This document shows positions 1 to 11,764 of a stretch of DNA of 64,000 nucleotides, piece by piece. Location of the stretch: NCBI GenBank assembly GCA_047967505.1, contig CM106538.1. The stretch is one strand, 5' to 3'. Made by a program: the position numbers and the translations under genes. The stretch's first letter is position 1; each line of letters begins with the position of its first letter. The DNA is from Dipteris shenzhenensis (Eukaryota). Below the pieces are notes generated by a model. The model made no database searches. It was given only the letters and a program-made list of their open reading frames with translations, and was not told the DNA's origin.

Positions 1-1712
1 AGGTAACTATGAAGGAGATTGTCATTGCATCCTTGGTATGCGTTGTTACTCTTCATACGAAAGAGTTACTGCCTAGAGAAAATCCCATCTCGGACCAGCT
101 TGTAAGTAGTTTACAGTCTCTCGTAAAGCCTGCTCGCGGTTATGCTCTGTTTCAGGTCATGGAGCAGCAAACGGTTTCAGTGGCTAAATCTGGCATCATT
201 GCGACGCTTAATGCCCGAACATCCGTACTTGCTTGCGCTAATCCCAGTGGTTCACGTTACAACCCGCGAATGTCTGTCATCGACAATATCCAGCTGCCGC
301 CAACTCTCCTGTCCAGGTACGCACACTGCTCGACGTCTTTGTCATCTTTGGACGAATTGCTTTGCGATTTTGACACCAACTGAAAGCTGTTTCCAGATTC
401 GATTTAATATACCTGGTCCTTGACAAACCGGATGAGCAAACAGATCGGAGGCTGGCTAGGCATTTGGTTGCTCTTCATTACGAAGATCCGGAGGTGATAG
501 TTTTCTGCCCAGAAGTCTTTCGATAGCTATATATAGGTTAATGTTTGTCTGGAGAAGACATTGGTACGTTTATGTGAAGTCCGATGGCAAATCAAGCCGG
601 AGAACACGATTTCACCCGATTACTCTTGCCAATCTCCCGATTGTTGAGTTTAGACATTTTCTGATTGCAGGTTCACACTCAAGACGCATTAGATTTGTCC
701 ACCCTCACTGCCTATATTACTTACGCTCGACAACATATTCACCCAAAGCTCTCTGATGAAGCTGCTGAAGATCTCATCAGTGGATATGTAGCCATGAGAA
801 GGAAAGGGAACTTCCCAGGAAGCAGCAAGAAGGTTAGAAGCTAGGATGAGCATGAACTAGGACACGATTTGCTTTCTTATTTCTAATCTGTAGGGGCCGA
901 TTGTTCTTGGGGGTTTGCGCAGGTGATAACTGCGACACCTCGTCAGCTCGAGTCTCTGATACGCATAAGCGAAGCATTGGCGCGCATCCGATATTCCGAA
1001 CTGGTATTTTAGTTGCAAGCTAAAGCTAAAAGTATGTTGAATCGTGCCTTATAGAACTGCAGCCACATCGTAACGGAGGGCGCGTTGCAGGTTGAAAGAT
1101 GTGATGCGGCTGAAGCATTGCGGCTGTTGGAGGTTGCCCTTCAGCAGTCTGCCACGGATCATTCCACCGGTTTGATTGCACTCTTCACCATGTCCCCGCA
1201 TATCCAAGAGCGATTTCAGCTCACGTGAGTCTTTGGAGATGCTCACCTGGTGGTTGTAACTGCGCGCAGGGACGATTGATATGGATCTTATAACAACGGG
1301 CGTCTCTGCCAGCGAGAGAATAAGGAGAGCAAGTCTAGTAGCCGCAGTCCGCAGTCTGATCGCCGACAAGATGCAAGCTGGAGGGGCGGCCATGAGAGTG
1401 ACACAGGTAATGTGTCGAATGGCACAAATCCAGCAGGGGCTATGCTTGACACAAACTGGTCAATTTCACTGAATGTTGCAATGGATTTTGCAGCTGCTTG
1501 AGGAGTTGCGCAAGGATAGCAGTGCAGAAGTGAACCTCCAAGACGTAAGCTGTGGAATTTTGTGTTGATTTGAAGGCAAGGATTGTCGAGGATTGTACAT
1601 ATTTGTAATCGCCAATCTGTTGTTTTCTTGCTTTCAGCTTCGAACTGCGCTTGGGAACCTTGCAAGCGAAGGATTTGTTAGCGTACACGGGGATAACATC
1701 AAGCGATTGTAA
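1..1712 (+). CDS. MCM4: DNA replication licensing factor MCM4, 3' part (5'-partial, spliced)
   Basis: GT-AG exons: <1-2, 156-316, 397-493, 671-832, 923-1003, 1091-1169, 1270-1406, 1494-1544, 1638-1712 (TAA). Spliced frame is open: [37 protein letters not shown]...[28 protein letters not shown]...[20 protein letters not shown]...[20 protein letters not shown]...GDNIKRL*. This has the MCM box, the SRFD arginine finger and an MCM4-type C-terminus. Confidence 0.95.
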
Positions 1713-1801
1713 CATCTGACTAGCAAAATCTGCATCCTCTTCTCCTTCTTGTAAAATATACGATGCTTTTGAGGATTTGACCATCTATGAACATGGTCCC
1801 C

Positions 1802-2096
1802 AAACACAAATGGGCAGTTATAAAAAAAGCAAGTAGTGATTAGTATAGACTTTGTGCTTCTGGTGTTTTGGATCTTCAATTCACCAACCCGAGATTTGAC
1901 TTCCTCACATATCAAAGTGTCTCAGAAAAAAGGGAAGTTTTATGTTAAACACAAATGGGCAGTTTGTGGTGTTATCCAAAATGATTTGTACAAGTTTTAT
2001 GCTTCTGGTGTTTGGATCTTCACTTCACCAACACGAGATTTTACTTCCTCACGGATCAAAGTGTCTCAGACAAAAAGTCAAGTTTAATGCTGAACA
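1802..2096. repeat. Imperfect ~145 bp tandem duplication downstream of the MCM4 stop
   Basis: AAACACAAATGGGCAGTT occurs at 1802 and 1947. The block TGCTTCTGGTGTTT(T)GGATCTTCA.TTCACCAAC.CGAGATTT.ACTTCCTCAC..ATCAAAGTGTCTCAGA occurs twice. Confidence 0.85.
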
Positions 2097-2349
2097 GACG
2101 TTTTCCCTCTTCTATGATTCCCGAAGATGCAACAGGATTTGTACTTTCGTCTACTTGATTGAAATGTGATCGAGAGTATTGCTGCTGGGTTGTACCTAAC
2201 TGGCAATGGGGATGAACAACCCATTCTGCAGCCTACTCTTGTAATCACTGCAAATTCTGTTTCTTCTTGAAATAGATCTCTATTAGGGTAAGGGGGCTGG
2301 TACTATGAAGGGCTAACTTTTCAGCACTAATCCATGGCGGAAATGGCCT

Positions 2350-2482
2350 TCATGAATTCGAAATTGAAATTCGAAGCTATCTCGGTCCTCTGATTGTACT
2401 AGGGAAGCTGTTTTTTATTTTTAAACTTTCTCATGAATTCGAAATTGAAATTCGGGATTGTACTAGGGAAGCTGTTTTTTTA
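2350..2482. repeat. Short imperfect tandem duplication (~81 bp period)
   Basis: TCATGAATTCGAAATTGAAATTCG occurs at 2350 and 2431, each followed by GATTGTACTAGGGAAGCTGTTTTTT. Confidence 0.85.
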
Positions 2483-2570
2483 TTAGCACTGCCCCGCTAG
2501 GGGCAGGCTATAGCAACGAGTTGAGGTCCCGTCTAAAGCGGGGAACCAAGGAAATTTCTATTTTTGGGGC
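2475..2570 (-). repeat. Dispersed hairpin-bearing repeat, possible retroposed (LINE/SINE) 3' end, copy 1
   Basis: T-run followed by TTAGCA-CTGCCCC-GCTA-GGGGCAG (7 bp stem, 2489-2506). On the minus strand the hairpin is followed by TGCTAATAAAAAAA. A homologous block lies at 4811-4940. Confidence 0.45.
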
Positions 2571-2814
2571 GTTGCCTTCTCCACTGTTCTTTCTCACATC
2601 TTTACCGACGGCAATTCTTTCTACTTTAATTCAAACTTTTTACTTTGAAGACACAACTTTACCTTCCTCGAAGTTCTTCTCCATCGCCATATCCTCTTGT
2701 TTTGCTGTTGCTTCTTCCGCCATCCCTTGCTACTTCAATTGCTTTCGCAGATTTTTGCTCGGTCTTTCTTCTCTTTGATCCACTACTTTCCTCAACCATC
2801 CACTTTCAGAAGCG

Positions 2815-3870
2815 TGGGTAAGGGAGCCAAGAGCGCTTCCCCGCTTCGGAAAGAGCAGAAGTAATTGGCCTGCATCGTGTGCACCGTCGTTATGGTCATC
2901 ATCATCGTCGTCCTCGCTACACTCTACTTCTCCATCTTTAAGCCCAAAGACCCCAAAGTCCAAGTCCCAACGTTGCAATTGCTGTCCTTCAATGAAGTAG
3001 GAGATCCATCCACTGTCACCTCGCTTGATCTCAACCTGAATCTGCAGGTTTCCATGTATAATCCCAACAGGGTCACTTTTCGTGTAGAAGATGGCAGCAC
3101 AACTTGCTTGTATTACTATGGGTCTCAAGTTGGGTTCGCCTCAATTCCTCAATTCTCCATCCCATCGCAGTCCTCTTTCTCGAGGATCGCCCATTGCTAC
3201 AAGTGCAATGCCCAAAAATAAGACGAAGGTCTCTGGGGTGTAGTTGCCGAACTCCCTTCATCCTCCACAAGTGATGACAATTTCTTGTCATCATTTGAAA
3301 GAAGACGGGAAAGTTTTTCTTCCAATTCTGAAAGCTCCGAGCTTTTGAGAAAAATTACATGACACATTTTGATCGGGTGTCGAAAGGTGCAGATCTAGAA
3401 GGGCGGTGAAGGTCTCGGTCCAGGCTGTCGAAATTAGGAGGGATGGATGCTAATTCTCAGGCCATGGGTTGCATACAAGACGAAGGCGGAGAGAAGGTGG
3501 ATTTGAGGTTTGATGCAGGGGTGTTGAATTCGTCCCAAGCTGATCGTGTGAGGAGGGCGAGTTTGTGCAATGATCCAGGAGTGATCTATCCGTGGTTGTC
3601 TCAGGAGGATGCAATGGATTTGGAGGCAAATGCGAAATGTTGGATCATTTTCCACCATTGCTGTGGGCTTGACCGTGCAGAGCCCTCTCCAAGAACCTCC
3701 TCTCCATGCCGATGTTCTTGCAGGGATTCTGCCGCAGTTACAATCAGGGACTCTTAACGTTTTCTCCCATCATTCCGATGTCATCTCCAAGTGCAGTGTC
3801 AATATTTCCTTGGAACACCAGGGTTATCCAATCCTACACTTGCCACAGAAGCTACTCGCTCGATGATTGA
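2815..3870 (+). pseudogene. LEA_2 / NDR1-HIN1-like (NHL) pseudogene, split by a 474 bp insertion
   Basis: 5' part: RFGKSRSN/LACIVCTVVMVIIIVVLATLYFSIFKPKDPKVQV...VSMYNPNRVTF...LYYYGSQVGFASIP (TM helix, KPxxP and NPN motifs) up to 3176. It resumes in the same frame at 3651 (STIAVGLTV...ADVLAGILP...[17 protein letters not shown]), then frameshifts to TRVIQSYTC...*. There is no ATG start and there are several indels. Confidence 0.75.
3177..3221 (+). pseudogene. Putative RanBP2-type zinc-finger C-terminal half-fragment at the start of the insertion
   Basis: FSRIAHCYKCNAQK resembles the (N)FxRRxxCxxCxxPK half of a RanBP2 finger. The match is short. Confidence 0.4.
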
Positions 3871-3924
3871 GAACAACAATGTGGCCAGGCCTAATTTACA
3901 CTCTTGCGTTGGCATTCTGTTAAG

Positions 3925-4011
3925 CGCGTTGAGAAGGAAGTTGTTCACAATTTCAGGCTCCCCGTTCATCAAGAAAGCCAATGCGCTGGGAACGAAATCC
4001 CTCACAAACAC
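3925..4011 (-). pseudogene. Alkaline/neutral invertase (GH100) exon fragment
   Basis: [27 protein letters not shown] is a near-perfect match to the conserved cytosolic invertase motif. It is preceded by a TTGCAG acceptor-like site, and similarity stops after ~29 codons. Confidence 0.85.
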
Positions 4012-4810
4012 CTGCAACGCATTATGGAGAGCTCTTCAGCAACTGCCTCGAAGACAAGCGCGGCAAACGGCAAGTTAGCCCGTGGAGCGAGGGGATTACG
4101 TTCGTCGGAGCAATAAGAATGATTTAATGCACAAAAGGATCGGTTGGGGGCGTTCTCGCACCTTCCTACAGTGGCCGTTTCTAAAGTTTAGCTCGTGAAT
4201 TCTTTCTTACCTACATGAAATATGAAATGCCAGTATCAGCTACAGTTTGTGAAAGCTACCCACCGGGAGCTGAATTTACGTCGGTAAAGGCAATGAATAC
4301 AAGCGGACAAGAGATACGCGCCGTTTGCATGGTTTCGGTACACGATGATCGGGGCAATGCGATCGGGGCTTGCCTCGAAAGTAAACCAACGACTTGCGCA
4401 AATTCTCCCAGGCCTCGGCGACCATGGGGTGGGGGGAGATCAATTTCTCAAGGCAATCAGAACTCTTGACAGAACTACTTTGTGTAAGTGCGTTGGCATT
4501 CTGTTAAGCGCAATGTGGCCAGGCCTAATTTACACTCTTGCGCTGTCATTGTAAATTCTTGCCTATTAGGATGATGATCTGCGACATTGTTACTTGCCCA
4601 ATGGTCAGGTAGGCCTGCCCTTAGTCTCTAACCGGTATTTCTCTAGCCAAATATACTCTGGTCCTGCCATTGTAATCAGATTGTCGCTACTAATTAATAG
4701 GGTGCAACCTCAGAAGAATCGTCTTTTGTGTTTGTTACCGGCGTAATTAAGAGTCTTAGCCTTTGTCAAATTCCATATGGGTATTCCTATGAGTTTCTTT
4801 GCCATTTGGA

Positions 4811-4985
4811 TTTTTTAGCACTGTCCCGTTAGGGGCAGAGCTCTAGCTATGTACAAACTTTCTATTTTCTATGGGGCAGAGCTCTAGCTATGTACAAACT
4901 TTCTATTTTCTATGCCCTTTGAAAGGGGAACAAGAGCTTCCACTTGGGGGCTAGGCACGGGTGCCCCTTGTTTTTAAACTTTCTA
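4811..4985 (-). repeat. Hairpin-bearing repeat, copy 2, with an internal 41 bp perfect tandem duplication
   Basis: TTTTTTAGCA-CTGTCCC-GTTA-GGGGCAG. The unit GGGGCAGAGCTCTAGCTATGTACAAACTTTCTATTTTCTAT occurs at 4832-4872 and 4873-4913. Confidence 0.55.
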
Positions 4986-5353
4986 AAAAGTTTATGGAAC
5001 ATGAGAGCCAATGCTTAGATCAAGTGAGGTCCAATACTAAGGGTGGGTTCAGACCACCTTCTGGCTCATGGAGGGGTCCTCGATAATTGCTAATTTGTCA
5101 CTGTGTGATTGGTGTAGTGGTTGGAGGAGATGGAATGAGCCAATCATGTAGTTGGAGTTGGCCATGGAGTGGGCAAGCTTCATGGGTCATACACAAATAT
5201 TGTGTCAATGTTCAAGCTCGTCCCTCCTATTGGGCCAACCACCCTTCACACCACTTTTGTGGAGGATGTTGATTGTCAGGTGGATTGAATCTAACCTAAG
5301 GCATTGTGCATCCAAAAAATGGAGAAAGGAGAGCTTGACAATCATCTTTTTCA

Positions 5354-5627
5354 ATGTCATAGCTTCCTCTAGTTGGAGAGAAAACCAATAGCTCAAGGGT
5401 CACATAGAATGTCCTTGTGAAGGGTTAATCATTGATTTGTGATCTCAATGGTGAGTCTCATATGTGAGAGTCTACCACTAAGCTATAATGGAAGGAACAT
5501 CAATGAAGGGACATTCAAGAGGGAGGGGGCCTATTGATGTCATAGCTTCTTGTAGTTGGAGAGGAAACCAATAGCTCAAGGGTCACATTCAATTTCGGTG
5601 GAAGGGTTAATCATTGATTTGTGATCT
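5354..5627. repeat. ~91 bp direct repeats, probably part of a TE non-coding region
   Basis: ATGTCATAGCTTC...CCAATAGCTCAAGGGTCACAT...GAAGGGTTAATCATTGATTTGTGATCT occurs at 5354-5445 and 5537-5627. The second copy abuts the LINE fragment. Confidence 0.75.
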
Positions 5628-6610
5628 TGCTACAGCCAAGATATGTGTTAATGGGATCATGAGTCGACCCTTTGTTCTTAAAAGGTCTATAAGACAAGGG
5701 TGCCCTATTGCTCCTCTACTTTTTGCAACTGTTGCAAACTCTTTGGGGTGGCTTCTACAGCATCAGAGCCAAGAAGGAAAGGTGAAAGGCATTGAGCTAC
5801 CCTCTGGTAAGCACCTTATATGCCAACAGTTTGCTGATGATATAAACTTAACCCTCAGGAATGATACCCAGGAGATCAAAGAGGCTATGGAGTCCTTAGA
5901 GATATTTTATAAAGCTTATGGATCCAAAATCAATCACTCCAAAACTGGATATGCAACTCTTAAAGGGGATGAACAAGCTTTTTTGGAAGCGATGGGCTGC
6001 CAGAGAATCAAACATGGCACAGTCTTCAGACTACAAGGTATCCCCATGGGGTTTGACATTTCCCTCAAACAGAGATGGGATTGGTTCTTGAGCAGATTCC
6101 AAAACAAGATTGAGAAATGGAGAGGACTCCAGGCTAGTTTGGTTGGAAGAACTATTCTCAACCACTGCATATACCCTACTGTCATATTCTACCTCACCTC
6201 TTGGTCCCCTTCTAATACTGGAATTGACAGGTTCATAAAAAGTTGCAGATCTTTTCTTTGGGGTGGCAAGATAGCCAAGGTCAGATGGGACTTCTGTATC
6301 AAACCCAAGCAAGAAGTAGGCTTAGGTGTTATTGATATAGAACAGGCTGCTCTGAAACTCTCCTCAACTTGGATAATTAAAGCAATCCTACACCCTCTTG
6401 AGGATTGGGCTCAAATCCTCTTGAGGAATGTCAACTCCCTAAGACCTCTGAGAGCTCACAAGTGGAAAAAGTACCCTATGTTGTTAGCTATTTGTAACCC
6501 TAAACCCTGCAAAGCTAAAGGCAGCCAACTTTGGATCTCACTATGGACAGGCCTTTGAAGGAACTAAAAGCCAAATTGTCTTTTCTGGCAAAGGAGCTTT
6601 TATGACACTA
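5628..6610 (+). mobile_element. LINE (L1-like) ORF2 reverse transcriptase fragment, truncated at both ends
   Basis: ORF 5614-6558 has the non-LTR RT motifs SIRQGCPIAPLLF, QQFADD, GSKINHSKT, GIPMG, FLWGG and AKVRW..GLGV. Confidence 0.9.
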
Positions 6611-9600
6611 GATTCAATTTGGATCTCTGTTATCTTCAAAGAAGTTGCTCTTCATCAGTCTTTAGGACTTTCTTATCTGTTCTGTAGATTCTCCTGTGCC
6701 ATTAGTGATGGTGGTGGTAATCGTCTTTGTTGTGGTGAGGGCATATGCTCTTCTTTCATTGGGGGTATTCCCAATTGGCCTTCCAACTTCTGGTTCTCTA
6801 TAATGTCCTGTGTAGGCAGGGTTTCCTGAACTTGCTGCTCCCCCTATTTTTTAGTCTCCTGTTCATCTCTGCTACATGGTCTCTTCTTGCATCTGATTTT
6901 CAACTTGGGCTTTTAAACTGATTTTGGCGTACTTTGTTGTTGCTGAGTAATTTTTTGTGGTGATTTAAGGTCTTTCTACCCTCCCACTATTGCGTCAATC
7001 TTTGCTTGGTCATAGCGAGCCTCCTTTAGCAATCTAACTGTTTCCTCTTTCTTTCTGCCCTCCCATTGCTACATCTTCAAGCCACTCTCCTATAATAACC
7101 TAACTGTTTCCTATTTTAGAATTTCCTCCTTGATACGTGGGTTACTTGGTTCTCTTTCATCATCTAAAAAAGATAATCATTGACGTGGTTTTGAACCCTC
7201 TAAAATTTGAATGAGCAGGGAGTGGGAAATCGAGCGGAGCTTTTTGTGTGTAGTTCTTTTGTGCTTGTCTTTACCACTAATCTCCCCCGTTACTCTCTCA
7301 TGCATGAAAGTAGCCCAATTTACAGGATTTACCAACTCAACAAAATGCATTAACGAATAATTATCCTTAGAAATATAATCATATTTGGTTAACCATAGTA
7401 CTCTTTCCTAAAACTACTTGCACTGGTCACGTCGCCGACCCTTCAAAGCAATTTTGACATAAAAATATCCCTCGGAATGAACTTGCTCCTTCAACTCTTT
7501 GACCATGACTTGGTCCGAATATTTGCTTGGAGATTTAGTTGGGGCATTAGTAATCAAAGGCAATTTAAAAACACAGAATACTAATTCCATTGTCACTAGA
7601 TGATCAAACTGACTCTGGGCCTCCATATTCATAGCCCACTCCCACCATGGAAAATGATAGTATTCATGCAATCCCATCTTATGTAGCCATGTGCCATTTT
7701 GGACTGGTTGTATCCAAATCGTGTTTCAAATCTTGAAAATCACAACTAGCAATATCTACTTCACGGGTTGAGGTGACCACCGCTTTATCATCTACGTTCC
7801 TGCTCACCTAACTCTTACACAGTGACCACCATGATGCTTGGGGTCCTTTCTTTTTTCGTGTTGATGGCTTGAAGGAGGTTTCTAGATTGGATGAACTGTT
7901 GGCAACGCCTTCTCCTATTGTCTGCTCTTTAGCTATATGTTTGAGAGTGGTCGACATGATGAGAAACCAATGGGGATAGTAGAGATGATTTTTTGACAAC
8001 TAAAACACATGAAGGATGACAAGGAATTTGGAATGACTATTGTGAGGAGCGAGGTGAAATGCTGATTCCTACATGTGCTAGAATGCTTGCATGTGGGAAG
8101 TGTCACTATCTTCACTTCCTTGCATGATTTCCTCTTTTAAAGGCCCAATGTGCCCGATCGTCGGATCTTCGAAAGTAAGATGTCCGAGCAAATAGTCTGA
8201 AGTCAGATCGTACTTTTTCTTCAATCTGACAAATGGCTTTAGTCAGAACCCATTGATTGCTTTCATTGATATATTACCATGCATGTCAGCGAGTCAGAAT
8301 GTGCCTTGGCCTAGATCCTTCACAATTTGGAATGGTCTATCATATCTCAACTTCAACATTTCGGGAAGCTTTTCCAATTTCGTATTAATCTCCTTCCTTG
8401 AACAGTTTAAATTTGATATTTCTGTCAACCTAAGTTTTTCTGCGGTCTTGGATGACTTGTGCAGTTTGCCAACTTTCAAGTCAATCTTCCTTCAATTGAT
8501 TCAATTTCTATTGTTGGAATTTCACCGACTCCTCCGGACTTAGCTTTTCTGTTGAGACCCGTAAAGTAGCGGCCACAAATTCCATGGGCACTGCCGCCTC
8601 AACTCCAGAAACCATGTTGAAAGGTGTCATTCCAATGCTTATTTTGAATGTTGTTTGGAATGCCCACAATGCTGAATCTAGTTTTGTGTCCCAGTCCATT
8701 CTATTGTCCGAAATTGTCAACTTTAGAATCTGCTTCATGATTTTGTTAGAATTTTCTACTTGTCCAGGTGCTTGTGGATGGTATGTTGATACAATTTTGT
8801 GAGCAATCATGTGAACTTTTGTCAAATTTTGAATGGTTCTGTTTAGGAAGTGTCCTCCTTGATCCTATACTAACTCTATCGGACATCTGAACCATGTAAT
8901 GATGATACGGCGTAAGAACTTTGCAGTACTGTCCAATGAATTGTCACACAGAGCTTGTGCCTCTACCCACTTAGTGAAATAATATGTGGCTACCAAAATG
9001 TATTTTTTTTAGTGTGTTTTGCAGCTCGTTTGAATGGTCCCACAAAATCCATATCCCAATTTTGGAATGGCTCCAATGGTAAAACTGGGTTAAGTGGAAA
9101 TCTGTCAGCAACCGATGGTTGTTCATCCCTTTGACAATACCAACATTTCTTTCCAAATTCATGTGAATCCTTGATTACTGTCAGCCACCACAATCCTGCT
9201 TGAAAAATCTTCTTCAATGTGACATCACCTGCAAAATAACCGCCCGATGTCCCTTGATGGGCTTCTTGCAAAACTGTGTGCTACTCATGGTCCAAAACAC
9301 ATCATCGGAGTATCTGATCTATTCCCCTTTTGTATAGTGCCCCTGCGATAATTATGAATGGTCTACTTTTGAGATCCATTCTATGCCTCTAATCTCTTGT
9401 AAAATTTTCAAGGAACATGCCATCTGTCAGAAACTGCAACATTGTGTCATACCGATCTATTCCACGAATGGCTTCCACTTGGAACAAAGATGCATTTGGT
9501 CGATCATCCGGAATTCCTTGTCCTGAGTGCTTGTCGGACTGTATGGTAAGATAATCTGCAATAAGGTGCTCGCTTCCTCGAGTATGCACTATTCTGTAAT

Positions 9601-11375
9601 TGAATTCTGTAATTGAATTCTTGCAGGAGTAGGATCCATCTCGATATCCTTCTGGGTGGTTGTGGCTTGTTGATCAAATATAGTTGGGCCTAGTGGTTGA
9701 CGTGGAAGACCATTACGTTAGCCAAAAGATAGTGCTAGAATTTTTGCAAGGTATATATCATGACCAAGCCTTCCCTTTCAGTAATTGAATAGTTCCATTC
9801 GACTGGTGACAAGGACAGTTGGAATAGTAAACTGGCTGGAACCACCCTTTTTTCAAGGTTTGCATTAATACCGCCCCAATGGAAATGTCCGATGGGTCCA
9901 CAAAAATATCGAATTCTACTAGCAACATTTTATTCAGTAACTCAAATGCTTTTTGTTGCTCCTCTCTCCAAATAAATTGTTCATTAGGATTAACCAATAA
10001 TGATAGTGGTTAACAGACATAGGATAAATACTTGAGAAATCTATTGTGCCATTTTACTTGCCTGATAAATCTCATGACTTCTTTGGCATTTCTTGGAGCT
10101 TTAGCCTCTTTGATTGCGATGACTTTGCTTGGATCAATGGGCATTCCTTGGGCTGAAATGATGTGTCCAAGTAGAACACCCTGGTAGACTGCAAATGTGC
10201 ATTTCATCGGATTTAGGCTCAATCAGGATTCTTGATATTTTTTGAAATAGAGTCGAAGATGTTTGGTGTGTTCATGTTTTTTTCCAAACACATTGAAGTC
10301 ATCTAGAAACACTCTCATGAAAGTAGTAAGGTATGGCACAAAAATTCTATGCATCCATCCTTGAAATGTGGGTGGGACATTTTTTAATCCAAAATTCATG
10401 ACATTGGTTGCAAATACTCCCATTTTGTGACAAATGCTATTTTTTCCTTGTCTTCTTCAGACATCTAAATCTGATTGTACCTGCTAAATCCATCTAGGAA
10501 ACTATACATCTCATGGCCCGCTATTGCGTCCAGCATTGCGTCACAAAAAGGTAGCGGAAAGGGGTTGGTTATAGTGGCTGCATTCAATTTTCTGTAGTCC
10601 ACCCAGACTCGTAATTTTCCATTTTTCTTGGGAACTATGACTATAGTAGATAGCCATGTTACTTTATCCACAGTGTATATGAAACCTATTGTGAGCAATT
10701 TATCAATTTCTTCTTTGACCAACTTAGCATAGTTGGGATTCATTCGGTAGCACTACTGGGACTGCATCCTTTTTCAAATTAATATGGTGAACACACAAAC
10801 TCAAATCTATGCCCTTTATGTCAGTGTATTCCCAAGCAAAATAATCTTTAAATTCCATTAGTAATTGCATCAGTTTTGTTTTGAAAGTACCTTCCACATG
10901 CACACTCAATTTCACTATCTGCGGTCGTGCCAAGATTCATTTCTTCCAACTCATCTTCTTTCACCCTTGTTTTCTTCACCTACTCCTCATACGCTTCTAC
11001 TACCTTACGAATGACATCTTCACCCCATTTTTGCTGGACTGAGTCTTCATCGAGATCTTCTTCGGATTCTGGATTAACCTCCTTTTTGGACTTCAACTAG
11101 TTCTGCCATCACTTTTCATGTTGCTCTTGTATGGCCAACATCTACCTCAAAGAGTGGAATGATGGATGGATTTGCATCCAAAAATTCTTGCTCCTCGTCA
11201 TCGTCCATTTTTGATAGCATATTGACACACTGCGCAATCAATGGCCTATTTTCCTTTTCCAGTACCACTTTCGAGACCATGTCCAAGGGAAGTTTCTTTT
11301 TCCCGCTTCTGACTGTGATCTTAGAGGCACCCCAACCTGTTTCACCTTGGTTGTTTTAAACCATGGCCTTCATGG
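6611..11375 (-). mobile_element. Decayed Ty3/Gypsy (Athila/Tat-like) internal region: PR tail, RT, RNase H, integrase and a 3' extra ORF
   Basis: RT (~9950-10930): VPKKNGKLRVWVDYRKLN, YSFLDGFSRYNQI, MNFGLKNVPPTFQ, VFLDDF. RNase H ~9560-9900. Integrase (~8180-9330): EAHQGTSGGYF, WDMDFVGPF, YHPQAPGQVENSNK. Order is RT-RH-INT, with many stops and frameshifts. No LTRs were identified. Confidence 0.9.
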
Positions 11376-11623
11376 CAACATCAAATAAGAGTAGAAGTGC
11401 CCTTATGTAGGCAAGTGATACAATGCATGTGCCCAAGGGAGAGCATCTCCAGATCCACTAATTTCTCCATTGATCTCTCAATCACGTCCATGAATCTCTC
11501 AACCACACCTAATAGAACCTTCTATCACCTAATCTGGTCACACTAACCACCATGTGGTGACACACAAACTCACACTGACCTTATACCCCTTGGTACAACC
11601 CCATTACATCAATTTTCCCAACA
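11376..11623 (-). repeat. Possible truncated LTR fragment
   Basis: Non-coding block between two TE ORFs. It begins TGTTGGG on the minus strand. No partner LTR lies in the window. Confidence 0.3.
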
Positions 11624-11764
11624 AAAACAAGCGTGGTGAGGATTTACTATTTGGGATTTAAGCACAGTGGTTGTAAAACCAATGCGGTGGGTTCTCCATT
11701 TTTCCAGGATAAGTGGAATACATTTTCCTTAGAATGCATTTTCTTGTACTATCTTAGTCGTCCA

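Noticed and set aside
9-383. 124 aa ORF as a standalone gene
   Set aside because: It is MCM4 exon 156-316 read through its flanking introns.
3177-3650. Insert in LEA_2 as an intron
   Set aside because: There are no GT..AG boundaries at the junctions, and the gene has other disabling lesions.
3443-3757. ORF with LNSSQ, resembling a UPF1/SEN1 helicase Q-motif
   Set aside because: No Walker A motif follows and the match is too short. The ORF's end is the LEA_2 3' part out of frame.
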